Below, one piece after another: positions 8,230 through 16,016 of a stretch of 21,671 nt of DNA. Each line of letters begins with the position of its first letter. Position 1 is the first letter of the stretch. Position numbers and translations under genes: made by a program. Location of the stretch: positions 1 through 21,671 of the forward strand of contig JANOTL010000007.1 of NCBI GenBank assembly GCA_031416315.1, given 5' to 3'. The notes under the pieces were generated by a model. It made no database searches, was not told the origin of the DNA, and saw only the letters and a program-made list of their open reading frames with translations. This DNA is from Pseudomonadota bacterium (GTDB taxonomy: Bacteria > Bdellovibrionota_B > Oligoflexia > Oligoflexales > CAIYRB01).

Positions 8230-8655
8230 ATGCGCAAGCTGATCTTGACCCTGTCTTTGGCCTTCGTCGCCGTTGGATGCGGCGGCGACGAGGATTACGG
8301 CCCGGACGAGGCGCCGGCGGTGAAGCCGAAGCCGATCGGCAACGAAGCGCCCCTGCCACCGCCGACGTCCTTGGCCTGCCCGCGCGGCACGCGGCTGACC
8401 TACGAGAACTTCGGACAAGGGTTCGTGCGCAACTTCTGCAACGGCTGCCATGCAGCACAGCTGGACACGACGCAACGTGCCGGAGCGCCCCTGAAGGTCG
8501 ACTTCGACACCTATCAGAACGTCATCGTCTGGCGCGCCGGGATCCTGGCGAAGGCGGGCGCGAACGGGGCGCCGATGCCACCGATCAACAACGTGCCGAG
8601 CCTGGATCGCGCGATGTTCGCCGAATGGCTGAACTGCGGGGCGCCGCAGGAGTAG
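8230..8655 (+). CDS. Small monoheme c-type cytochrome lipoprotein, 141 aa
   Basis: MRKLILTLSLAFVAVGC lipobox, TYENF...FCNGCH heme motif, MPP distal Met and EWLNCGAP ending. Begins 2 nt after the DUF1501 stop. Confidence 0.88.
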   Translation: MRKLILTLSLAFVAVGCGGDEDYGPDEAPAVKPKPIGNEAPLPPPTSLACPRGTRLTYENFGQGFVRNFCNGCHAAQLDTTQRAGAPLKVDFDTYQNVIVWRAGILAKAGANGAPMPPINNVPSLDRAMFAEWLNCGAPQE

Positions 8656-8684
8656 CGGCGCCGAGAAGCTTCAGCCGCAAACGA

Positions 8685-9488
8685 TCAGCAAGGCGTCGGG
8701 GGCTCTTGCGTCTTGCTGCCGCCGAGGCCGCCGCCGGCGATCGCGCCGATGCCGAGCTGGATCAGCGCTTCGGGGCCGCCGGTCAAGACGCTGATGCCGG
8801 TTTGCAGGAGGCCACCTTTGATCTCCGCGTCGGTCGTCGCTTTTTTGTCGCAGTTGCCGGAGATCTTGATGACGGTCGGGCCCGAGGGCGAGGTCGGCGC
8901 CGCGTCGCCGCCGGTGGGGTCGCCGGAAGTGTCGACCGCGCCGCCTTCTGGAGCGATGGTGACCTGAATCTCTTCCTCACGGTCGAAGGAGGTCACGTCT
9001 TTCGAGTTCACGTCGCAGGACGAGTCGTTTTCGCAGGCTTGCTGGTCGCGGATGGCGAAGCGGATGGTCGTGGTCGACTCTTTCTTGCCGTTGTGGACGA
9101 TCTTCACGGTCTCGCCGGGCGAGCCGGCCTTGATGGCGGAGTCGTCGGAGCCGAGGAAGACGATCAGGGCCGTGCGCCCGGGCTCTTCGGCCTTGGCGAC
9201 GAATTCCCAGGTGGCTTTCTCGCCGACGACGCCAGAAAGGCCGCCGCCGGAGTCTTGGGGCGATACGGAGAAAGAGAGCGTCGCGGGCGGGCACGCCTTC
9301 GGCGTACAGCTGGCCGCTTCGCCGGAAGCTTTCGGCGTCGAGCTCGACGAGCCCTGCTGGATGACCGCCGCGGAGGCAGGGGCCTGGACCGGCGCGACCT
9401 TCTTGCTACCGCCGCCACAGGCGGTCGCTAGAATCGCCGTGACCGTCGTCGCGACGAAAGCAGAGGTGCGAAGCGAAAGCTTGAGCAT
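8685..9488 (-). CDS. Hypothetical lipoprotein with Gly-rich hydrophobic C-terminus, 267 aa
   Basis: Lipobox AILATAC, GGAG RBS, six further Cys, and C-terminal GGLLQTGISVLTGGPEALIQLGIGAIAGGGLGG. Confidence 0.8.
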   Translation of the reverse strand: MLKLSLRTSAFVATTVTAILATACGGGSKKVAPVQAPASAAVIQQGSSSSTPKASGEAASCTPKACPPATLSFSVSPQDSGGGLSGVVGEKATWEFVAKAEEPGRTALIVFLGSDDSAIKAGSPGETVKIVHNGKKESTTTIRFAIRDQQACENDSSCDVNSKDVTSFDREEEIQVTIAPEGGAVDTSGDPTGGDAAPTSPSGPTVIKISGNCDKKATTDAEIKGGLLQTGISVLTGGPEALIQLGIGAIAGGGLGGSKTQEPPTPC

Positions 9489-9519
9489 GGTGGACTCCAG
9501 GAGAGACAGTCTGGATTAC

Positions 9520-9546
9520 GTATCGGCCCGGACGTAGAGATCTTGA
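9520..9546 (-). promoter_or_regulatory. Putative sigma28 (FliA) promoter
   Basis: Minus strand TCAA-N15-GCCGATAC versus the consensus TAAA-N15-GCCGATAA, about 30 nt upstream of ATG 9488. Confidence 0.7.
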
Positions 9547-9650
9547 CGGTCTCCCTAAGGTCGATAAATACCGACGTGGTTTTAGGAACTTGCAAATGGG
9601 GCGCCAAGGGCCTTTTCACGCTGCGATAGGATCGGCCCCGAGAGGTTCTC

Positions 9651-10202
9651 ATGCCCAGGCTCGCCGTACGCCCCATGACCGAGAACGACGTCCCCCACGT
9701 CGTCGATTACCTCATTCACGCGTCGGACGAAGACCGGCAAAGAATGGGCTTGGACCACGTGCCCCAGCGCGAGGAGCTCGAGCGGCGCTACCTCGCGGCC
9801 TGCGCGACTCCGGAGGCGGAGGCCTCGAGCTTCATGCTGACTTGGTTGGTCGACGAGCGGCCGATCGGCTTCTCCAGCTTGAAGAACATCAAGCGCGGCG
9901 AAAGCGGCGCCATGCACCTTCACATTTGGGACCGCGCGCTGCGCGGGCAGGGGCTCGGCCCTTCCCTCTTCTGCCTTTCGGCGTTGGAGTTCTACCGCCG
10001 CTTCGAGCTGCGCTCGGTCGTCTGCGAGCCGCGCGCCGCGAACCCGATGCCGAACCGGATGCTGAAGAAGATCGGCTTCCCCCTCGTCTCGACCTTCGTC
10101 GGCGCCTCGTCCGAGCTGAGCTCCGTGTGCGAGCTCAATCGGTACGACGTGCAGCGCGAGCTCGCCGAGGCTTACGTGCAGGCCTTGGCCAGCAAAGCGT
10201 GA
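9651..10202 (+). CDS. GNAT family N-acetyltransferase (RimJ/RimL-like), 183 aa
   Basis: Acetyl-CoA binding motif LRGQGLG, N-x-x-PNRMLKKIGF and PIGFSSL. GAGG RBS. Confidence 0.85.
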   Translation: MPRLAVRPMTENDVPHVVDYLIHASDEDRQRMGLDHVPQREELERRYLAACATPEAEASSFMLTWLVDERPIGFSSLKNIKRGESGAMHLHIWDRALRGQGLGPSLFCLSALEFYRRFELRSVVCEPRAANPMPNRMLKKIGFPLVSTFVGASSELSSVCELNRYDVQRELAEAYVQALASKA

Positions 10203-11260
10203 AAGTGATGGCCTCCCGCTTCGCGCCGCACGCTGAAGCGGCCCTTGTCGTAGGCGGCGCTGGCCAAGCCGCGCTGCACTTCCTCGCAGATCTCCTGGTC
10301 CTCGAGCTGGACCTGGTGGGCGACGGCGAAGGACGATTCGATGTAAGCCGCGGCCTGCGGCGTGCCGACCTCCTGAAAGAAGAAGTCGAAGATGCAGAGG
10401 CAGCGGTCGTGGCCTAGCGGCAGGACGATGTTGATGTCCATCGTGCCTTCGTACGCGTTCAGCATGAAATTCGGGTAGACCCACCAGTAGTGCGCCGCGT
10501 CGCCGGAGCGCACGGCGTTCAACTCGGCGTCGAGACGCTCGCCGGTCGTCTTACGCAAGGGGCTCAGCTGCAGCGACGCCTCGCCGTCGAGGATGGTGTG
10601 GTAGCCATCCATGTCGACGACCTTCGCGAGCCCCGGGTGCAAGGTCGGCACGTGGTAGCCGCCGTCCAAATAGTTGTCGCAGAAGATCTTCCAGTTGCAC
10701 TGCATCTCGTAGACCTTGCGCCCGCCAAATTTCAGGGCAGAGAGCTTATCCAGGCCGGTGCGGCGCGCGATCGGCTCGAGGAGCGCGGCGAGGCTCTCGG
10801 CTGGCGTCCCGAGGTGGACGAAGACGAAAGGGCCCCACTCCTCCACCGCGTAGCGCGGCAACTGGATCCCGCATTGGTCGAAGTCCTCGACGCCCTCGAA
10901 ATCGGGCGCGCCCGCGAGGGCGCCCTTCTGGTCGTAGGCCCAGCCGTGATACCGGCAACGAAAGCGCGACGCCTTGCCCTCGGCGCGCGGCTCGACGCGT
11001 GCGGCGCGATGACGACAGACGTTCGCCATGGCCAGCAAGGCGCCGTCCTTCTGGCGGACGACGAGCACGGGCTCGCCGGCCACCGCTAAAGTGACGAATT
11101 GCCCGGCCTCGGCGAGCTGCTCGCGCCGCGCGGCGTATTGCCAAGTGCTGCGAAAGACCTTGGCGCGCTCGGTCGCGTAGAAGGCGGCGTCGGTATAATA
11201 GTCGGCGGAAAGCGTCCAAGCGCGAGCCAAGGGCAAATCGGCGTCGAACGGTGTCGTCAT
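10172..11260 (-). CDS. Rieske non-heme iron oxygenase alpha subunit (choline monooxygenase-like), 362 aa
   Basis: Rieske motif NVCRHR...CRYHGW. Catalytic-domain motifs NWKIFCDNYLDGGYHVPTLH and EDQEICEEVQRGL. Start at ATG 11260 with GGAGG. Overlaps the GNAT 3' end by 31 bp. Confidence 0.92.
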   Translation of the reverse strand: MTTPFDADLPLARAWTLSADYYTDAAFYATERAKVFRSTWQYAARREQLAEAGQFVTLAVAGEPVLVVRQKDGALLAMANVCRHRAARVEPRAEGKASRFRCRYHGWAYDQKGALAGAPDFEGVEDFDQCGIQLPRYAVEEWGPFVFVHLGTPAESLAALLEPIARRTGLDKLSALKFGGRKVYEMQCNWKIFCDNYLDGGYHVPTLHPGLAKVVDMDGYHTILDGEASLQLSPLRKTTGERLDAELNAVRSGDAAHYWWVYPNFMLNAYEGTMDINIVLPLGHDRCLCIFDFFFQEVGTPQAAAYIESSFAVAHQVQLEDQEICEEVQRGLASAAYDKGRFSVRREAGGHHFHALLAKACT

Positions 11261-11324
11261 CGGGTCCAAGCCTCCGCGATCCAAGTCCCAAGGAGGTAGC
11301 AAAGCGCGGAGGGACGAGAAACAG

Positions 11325-12317
11325 CTATTCGGTTTTCTCTTTAATGGCTTCGCTTTGGATCGGCGCGGCCGCGAGAAAATCGCGGAAGCGCGGCGGCAAG
11401 GGCGCCTTCAGGCTCACCGCGGCGAGCCCTTCGCCCGGGACGAAAGAGAGCTCCTTCGCGTGCAGGAGGTGGTGGGCGGCCGAAAGCTCGAGCAGCTCCG
11501 GAGGCAAAGGCGTGCGGCGGCCTTCGCCGTAGCGCTTGTCGCCGACGATCGGAAAGCCCTGGACCTCCAGATGCACGCGGATCTGATGGCTACGGCCGGT
11601 CTCGGGGCGGCATTCGACGAGGCCGACGTTGAGGGCCGGGTTGACCGCGAGCACGGTGAAATGCGTCACGGCCTGCCGCCCGCCGGCACGCACGGCGCGA
11701 ACGTTGCCGGTCTTCTTGTCGATCTCGCTCAAAGGCGCCTTCTCGGTGAAGGTCGCGCCCGCGGTCAGCTTGCCGTAGCAAACCGCCCAGTAGACCTTCT
11801 TGACGGTGCGATCTCGGAACCGGTCGGTGAGCCAGGTGGCGCGCAACGCAGAGTCGGCCAAGAGCAGAATGCCTGACGTCTCTTTGTCGAGCCGGTGCAC
11901 CAGGATCAGCTTGCGGCCCTTTTTGCCGTGCGCGGCGAAGTAGGTCTCCGCGACCGAGGCGGCGTGGGGCAAAGTCGCGTCCAAGGTCCCTTGCGCGAGA
12001 AGGCCCGCGGGCTTGTTGATCGCGATCACGTCGTCGCGATCGAGCAGGATGTCCTCGGCCTTGAGCGAAAAATCCTGACGGCGAACGGCCTGCAAGCCGA
12101 CCTCGCTGTACTCCAGCTTGATCTTGTCCTGGCGCACCACCTCGCGCGAGGCGATGCGCACGCGCTTGCCGTTGACGGTGACGGCGCCGGCGTCGATCGC
12201 CTGCCGGATCTTGCGCCGCGAGATCTCGACCTTCGCATCGGCCAAGCGCGCGGCCAAATACTGATCGAGCCGCATGCCACCGTGCGACGGGTGGACGTCG
12301 AATTGGAAGGTCTTCAT
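11325..12317 (-). CDS. RluA/RluD-family pseudouridine synthase with N-terminal S4 domain, 330 aa
   Basis: S4 motif RLDQYLA...SRRKIRQAIDAGAVTVNG, then INKPAGL, catalytic VHRLDKETSG, TGRSHQIRVH, PIVGDKRYG and LHA. ATGA overlap with the upstream stop at 12314-12317. Confidence 0.95.
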   Translation of the reverse strand: MKTFQFDVHPSHGGMRLDQYLAARLADAKVEISRRKIRQAIDAGAVTVNGKRVRIASREVVRQDKIKLEYSEVGLQAVRRQDFSLKAEDILLDRDDVIAINKPAGLLAQGTLDATLPHAASVAETYFAAHGKKGRKLILVHRLDKETSGILLLADSALRATWLTDRFRDRTVKKVYWAVCYGKLTAGATFTEKAPLSEIDKKTGNVRAVRAGGRQAVTHFTVLAVNPALNVGLVECRPETGRSHQIRVHLEVQGFPIVGDKRYGEGRRTPLPPELLELSAAHHLLHAKELSFVPGEGLAAVSLKAPLPPRFRDFLAAAPIQSEAIKEKTE

Positions 12318-13318
12318 TGGAATGGCGGGAGCGTCAGCTCCTGATCCCCGGGTACCCACTTCTCCAGGCGCGAGCGCAGGTAGTCTTGCACGTCGGCGAG
12401 CGCTCGCGGCAAGGACGAAGCGCGCGACAAGGTCGACCAGAGCGCCAAGGCCAAATACGTCGTGCTGTAGCCAGACGCCAACTTCACGAAGACCGTCGCC
12501 GCCGGCTCGCCGCCCTCGGGCAGGGCCAGGACCATGAGGAGGCCGTCGGCGCCCTCTTTGGCGATGACGCGTCCCTTCAGCGCCTCCATGAGGTCGCTCT
12601 CGAGGCGCCCGTAGCCGCCGACGAGACGGGCGTTCGCCGTCCACAGGCCGCGCAGGCGCTCGACCTTCGGATCCGTGGACGTCGCGAGCCGCTCCCACAT
12701 GTTGAGGTGGGCGCGCGCCGACAGCGCCAAGGTCGGCAGGCCGCAGCTGTCGGTCATCCAGATCGGCCGCTCCGTGATCTCCTTGCCGATGATCGCGGCG
12801 AGACGCTTTTGCAGCGGGTGCTCGGAGTCCCAGTAGCCTTGCGTCGGATGCCCGTGGCGACGGCAGGCGGCGAGGTGCAAAAGGTGCTTGCCGGAGCAAG
12901 GATGGTGCATGCGCGTCGGCTGCACGCCGGAGTTTTGCATCACCGAGGCGACGCCCGGATCCAAGGGAAAGTGCCGCGGGCAAAAAAGGTCGTCCTCGCC
13001 GCCGCCGCCGGCCGCGAGGCACAGGTGGCGCAGTTGCTCCATGTGGTGCGCCTGGCCCGAGTGCGAAGCCAGGCCGAGCGCCCAGAAGGTCTCGCCGGCA
13101 TCAGGCTGCGTCTCGTCGGGCATGTCGGCTGCGAGGAATTGCCACGGCTTCAGCAGGGAGCGGGCGATGATCATCGTGCCCGGATCCGAGCCTTGGATGG
13201 TGTCGCCTTCGACCTTCATGTAGCCCGCGCCCGAGATGACGATCTCGGCGACGCCGCGGCGCGCCAGGCCGAAGAGCGGCTCGGCATTGGTCAGGATGGT
13301 CTGGATGTCGGTGCGCAA
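12314..13318 (-). CDS. L-asparaginase II (class 3, Rhizobium AnsA-type) family protein, 334 aa
   Basis: RSLLKPWQ, ASHSG, CSGKH, HPLQ, DSCGLPT and AKEGADG match the family motifs RSxxKPxQ, SHSG, NCSGKH, DGCG and KxGAxG. TTG start 1 nt after the LLM stop. Confidence 0.85.
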   Translation of the reverse strand: MRTDIQTILTNAEPLFGLARRGVAEIVISGAGYMKVEGDTIQGSDPGTMIIARSLLKPWQFLAADMPDETQPDAGETFWALGLASHSGQAHHMEQLRHLCLAAGGGGEDDLFCPRHFPLDPGVASVMQNSGVQPTRMHHPCSGKHLLHLAACRRHGHPTQGYWDSEHPLQKRLAAIIGKEITERPIWMTDSCGLPTLALSARAHLNMWERLATSTDPKVERLRGLWTANARLVGGYGRLESDLMEALKGRVIAKEGADGLLMVLALPEGGEPAATVFVKLASGYSTTYLALALWSTLSRASSLPRALADVQDYLRSRLEKWVPGDQELTLPPFQ

Positions 13319-13319
13319 T

Positions 13320-14555
13320 TTAAGCAGGCTCGCAAGCGTAGTGGGGCATGACGCGCTCGGCGAAAGAGCGCATCTGCGCCTCGATCGCGGCGCCGTCGGT
13401 CTGATTGAACTCGAACCAGAGCATCAAGCGGTCTTCGGCCTGGAAGCCGTGCGGGTCCTGCGGGGAGAGCTGGGCGCAGATCTCGTCCGGGCTGCCGATG
13501 AGCGCGCGGGCCATGAGCTCCGCCTTCGGCGGGAATTGCGCCGTGCCGCGCATTGCTTCCATGTAGGTGTCGAAGCAGCGAGAGGCGCGCGCGTAGGCCG
13601 TGCGCGAGTCGTCGTCGATGAACACGAGCACGGTGCGCGGCATGCGCCCACGGCTCCAAACGCGCCCGGCGTCACGGTAGCGCGTGAACATCTCCGCGTG
13701 CGTCTTGTCGATCGCCGCGGGCGGCGTGAAGCTAAGATTGAAGATGTCGAGGTCGGCGAACTTCAGGCCGTGATCGCGCGCCAGCGGGTCGGAGGAGCCC
13801 AAGACGAAGCGCAGGTACTTCGACCAGACCTCGGGGCCGAGCTCGGGGACGATCTTCAAGGGCTCGAACTGCCAGCGCGGCTTGTACTCGAGGCCGTCGC
13901 CGTCGAGCAGTGCGCCGCGAGCGCCGAGCGCCGAGCGCGCCGTCTCGAGATCCTCCGGCTTGCGGAAAAGCTTGGCCGAGATGCGGTGCCGGCCGACCAT
14001 CTCCGACGACAAGGTCTCACCGTTCATGAGGCGCAGGAAGATCTCCAAGGCCTCGACGAAGACGAGCTGCTGGTACTGCGGCCAGAGGATCCGCTCCTCC
14101 TCGCTGCGTGGCACCACACCGAAGGGACGATTGATGTAAGGGAAGCGACCGGTGGCGACGCCGATGCTCAAAGGGCGTGGCTCGTCCATGAGGCTCACGT
14201 GCCAGGCCAGGCTCTTCACGCGATCGGCGGCCGCGATCGGGCCGCCGTTGCCGCCGACGATGTTCAGGATGGCAGTGCCGAAGCCGAGCCGCCGCGTGCG
14301 CGCGAAGAGCGCATGCGCCGTCTGCATCGAGTCGGCGTTGAGCCCGACCTCGCCGGCGTAGTGCGGGATCACGGGATCGGGATTTTGCTTCTGCACCTCG
14401 CTGGAGAAGTGCGACTCGGCGACCCACAAGGTGCCGTAGCCCAAAGTCTCCGCGGCGCGGGCCTGCGAGAAGAAGAGCGTGAAGACGTCCCGATCGGACA
14501 GGCGCGGCGCAACTGAATCGATCCGGCCGACGGAGTGGAAGACGTCGAAATCCAT
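13320..14555 (-). CDS. LLM class (luciferase-like) flavin-dependent oxidoreductase, 411 aa
   Basis: ARAAETLGYGTLWVAESHFS, ARTRRLGFGTAI, IGVATG, EALEIF, ALIGSPDEI and MRSFAERVMPHY. Confidence 0.9.
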   Translation of the reverse strand: MDFDVFHSVGRIDSVAPRLSDRDVFTLFFSQARAAETLGYGTLWVAESHFSSEVQKQNPDPVIPHYAGEVGLNADSMQTAHALFARTRRLGFGTAILNIVGGNGGPIAAADRVKSLAWHVSLMDEPRPLSIGVATGRFPYINRPFGVVPRSEEERILWPQYQQLVFVEALEIFLRLMNGETLSSEMVGRHRISAKLFRKPEDLETARSALGARGALLDGDGLEYKPRWQFEPLKIVPELGPEVWSKYLRFVLGSSDPLARDHGLKFADLDIFNLSFTPPAAIDKTHAEMFTRYRDAGRVWSRGRMPRTVLVFIDDDSRTAYARASRCFDTYMEAMRGTAQFPPKAELMARALIGSPDEICAQLSPQDPHGFQAEDRLMLWFEFNQTDGAAIEAQMRSFAERVMPHYACEPA

Positions 14556-14593
14556 CCTGAATGCGTATGGGGAACGGCTCCCCAGGTCAAATG

Positions 14594-14622
14594 AAAAAGC
14601 CGGCCCGAGGGGGGGGGCGGCT
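14594..14622 (-). terminator. Putative intrinsic terminator of the cytochrome c-thioredoxin gene
   Basis: Minus strand AGCCGCCC-loop-GGGCCGGCT (one bulge) followed by TTTT, about 20 nt after the stop at 14643. Confidence 0.55.
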
Positions 14623-14642
14623 CTTAATTCAAGTCTTTGGAA

Positions 14643-15968
14643 TCATTTGCAGTACTGGCGGATCTCGTTCTCCGGGATGCCGTTCGAGTCGGCCACGGCC
14701 TTGCCGGCGTCGTCGACGAGGATGAAAGTCGGGGTGCCGGCGAACTGGACGCCGAAGGCTTCGACGATCTTGCCGATGCGGCTCGAGGTGGCTTGATAAG
14801 AGTGCTTGCCGACGAAGCTATTGGCGCCGCCCGCGACTTGGTGCCAGCTGGCGAGGTCATCGGCCGGGACGACCGTGGCGTGCGAGCACTTGGTGCCGTC
14901 GAGAAGCTTCTGCAGCTCTTTGTCCTGCTCCATCTCGGCGGCGCGCTGGATGCAGTAGCCGCAGGTGGAGGAGGAGAAGTCGAGGAGCATGTACTTGCCC
15001 TTGAACGCGGCCGACAGCTTCTCGGTCTTGCCCGAGGCGTCGACCATCTCGAAGTCGCGGTCGGCCGGGATCTGCGTCGAGGGCGTCGGGGGCGTCGGGG
15101 GCGTCGGGGGAACCGGCTGGGTCGGGTCGGCCGGCTGGACGCCGCCGCCACCGTTGTTGGCCGTCGCGCCGAGGCCGATCTTCTTGCCGTCTTCTTGGAT
15201 CTGCAGGCTCAGCGGCACCTTGTAGGAGGCTTTGCCGGCGATGTCTTCCTTCTTGATGCGCAGGGCGACGCTGTTCTTGTAGTAGACCGCGGCGAGCTTG
15301 TCGGCCGGGACCGAAGGTTGGGCCGGGAGGGTCGCGGCCGGGGCGTCTTTTTCCAGCATGCCGCCGTCGATCCAGGACGTCACCAGGTCGCGGTCGGAGC
15401 CGGCGAGCGCGCCGGAGGGGGGCATCGTGCCGGCGTCGACCCGGCGCTTGAGGCTGGCGGACTGGGCTTTCACCGCGGCGAAGTTCGAGAGGTCCGGGAA
15501 CTGCGCGCCGCTCTTGTGGCAGCTCACGCACTTGGCGTCGACGAGGGGCTTGATCTTGCCTTCGTAGCTCGGCGCGCCGGCGGGGGTGGTGTTGCCGCCC
15601 GTCTGCGGTTGACCGTCGGCCTTTTGGCCGATGGCGAGGATGACGTCGTAGTCGCAGCCTTGGGCCAGCGAAGCGTTCACGACCGGGGCGGCGGCGTAGC
15701 CGTCGATTTGGTTGATCTTGGTGGCGCCCATGCAGTTGACGTCGACGGGGCCGATGATGAGGTGGAAGCCGTTCATCTTGGTCTCGATGTCAGCGACCTG
15801 CGTTTTCAGCGCGGCGCGGTCGGGAAGGCCGATGGAGATGGCGGTGAGGCTGGAGTTCTGGTTGACCGCGCCGTCCGGGCCCGGCAAGAGCACGCCGGAT
15901 TTGGTTCCGCAGGCCGTCGCGAGAAGCGAGATGCCGACGACGATGATGCTCTTGGTGCTGGTCTTCAT
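14643..15968 (-). CDS. Lipoprotein with monoheme cytochrome c domain and C-terminal thioredoxin-like (TlpA-type) domain, 441 aa
   Basis: Start ATG 15968 (MKTSTKSIIVVGISLLATAC). CVSCH (15530-15516) with MPP and WIDGG, a PTPPTPPTP linker, GKYMLLDFSSSTCGYC (CGYC at 14963-14952) and a cis-Pro loop GTPTFILVDDAGK. Confidence 0.85.
   Translation of the reverse strand: MKTSTKSIIVVGISLLATACGTKSGVLLPGPDGAVNQNSSLTAISIGLPDRAALKTQVADIETKMNGFHLIIGPVDVNCMGATKINQIDGYAAAPVVNASLAQGCDYDVILAIGQKADGQPQTGGNTTPAGAPSYEGKIKPLVDAKCVSCHKSGAQFPDLSNFAAVKAQSASLKRRVDAGTMPPSGALAGSDRDLVTSWIDGGMLEKDAPAATLPAQPSVPADKLAAVYYKNSVALRIKKEDIAGKASYKVPLSLQIQEDGKKIGLGATANNGGGGVQPADPTQPVPPTPPTPPTPSTQIPADRDFEMVDASGKTEKLSAAFKGKYMLLDFSSSTCGYCIQRAAEMEQDKELQKLLDGTKCSHATVVPADDLASWHQVAGGANSFVGKHSYQATSSRIGKIVEAFGVQFAGTPTFILVDDAGKAVADSNGIPENEIRQYCK
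15082..15108. repeat. 9-bp coding tandem repeat (GGCGTCGGG x3) encoding a Pro-Thr linker
   Basis: Directly visible in the sequence; encodes PTPPTPPTP on the minus strand. Confidence 0.8.
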
Positions 15969-16016
15969 TCCCAAACTCCGTTCCGCGTATTCACTCAACT
16001 GGTTGTGGAGAGTAAA

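Noticed and set aside
10172..10202. Convergent 3' overlaps (GNAT/Rieske 31 bp; guaD/regulator 16 bp at 19472-19487)
   Set aside because: Short tail-to-tail overlaps are common in compact high-GC genomes, and nothing indicates antisense regulation.
11325..13022. 565-aa RluA ORF suggesting a long N-terminal fusion
   Set aside because: The first 235 codons are an off-frame read of the asparaginase gene. The real start is ATG 12317 at the ATGA overlap.
14609..14617. G9 homopolymer as a phase-variation tract
   Set aside because: It is intergenic and lies within the putative terminator stem-loop, not in a CDS or promoter spacer.
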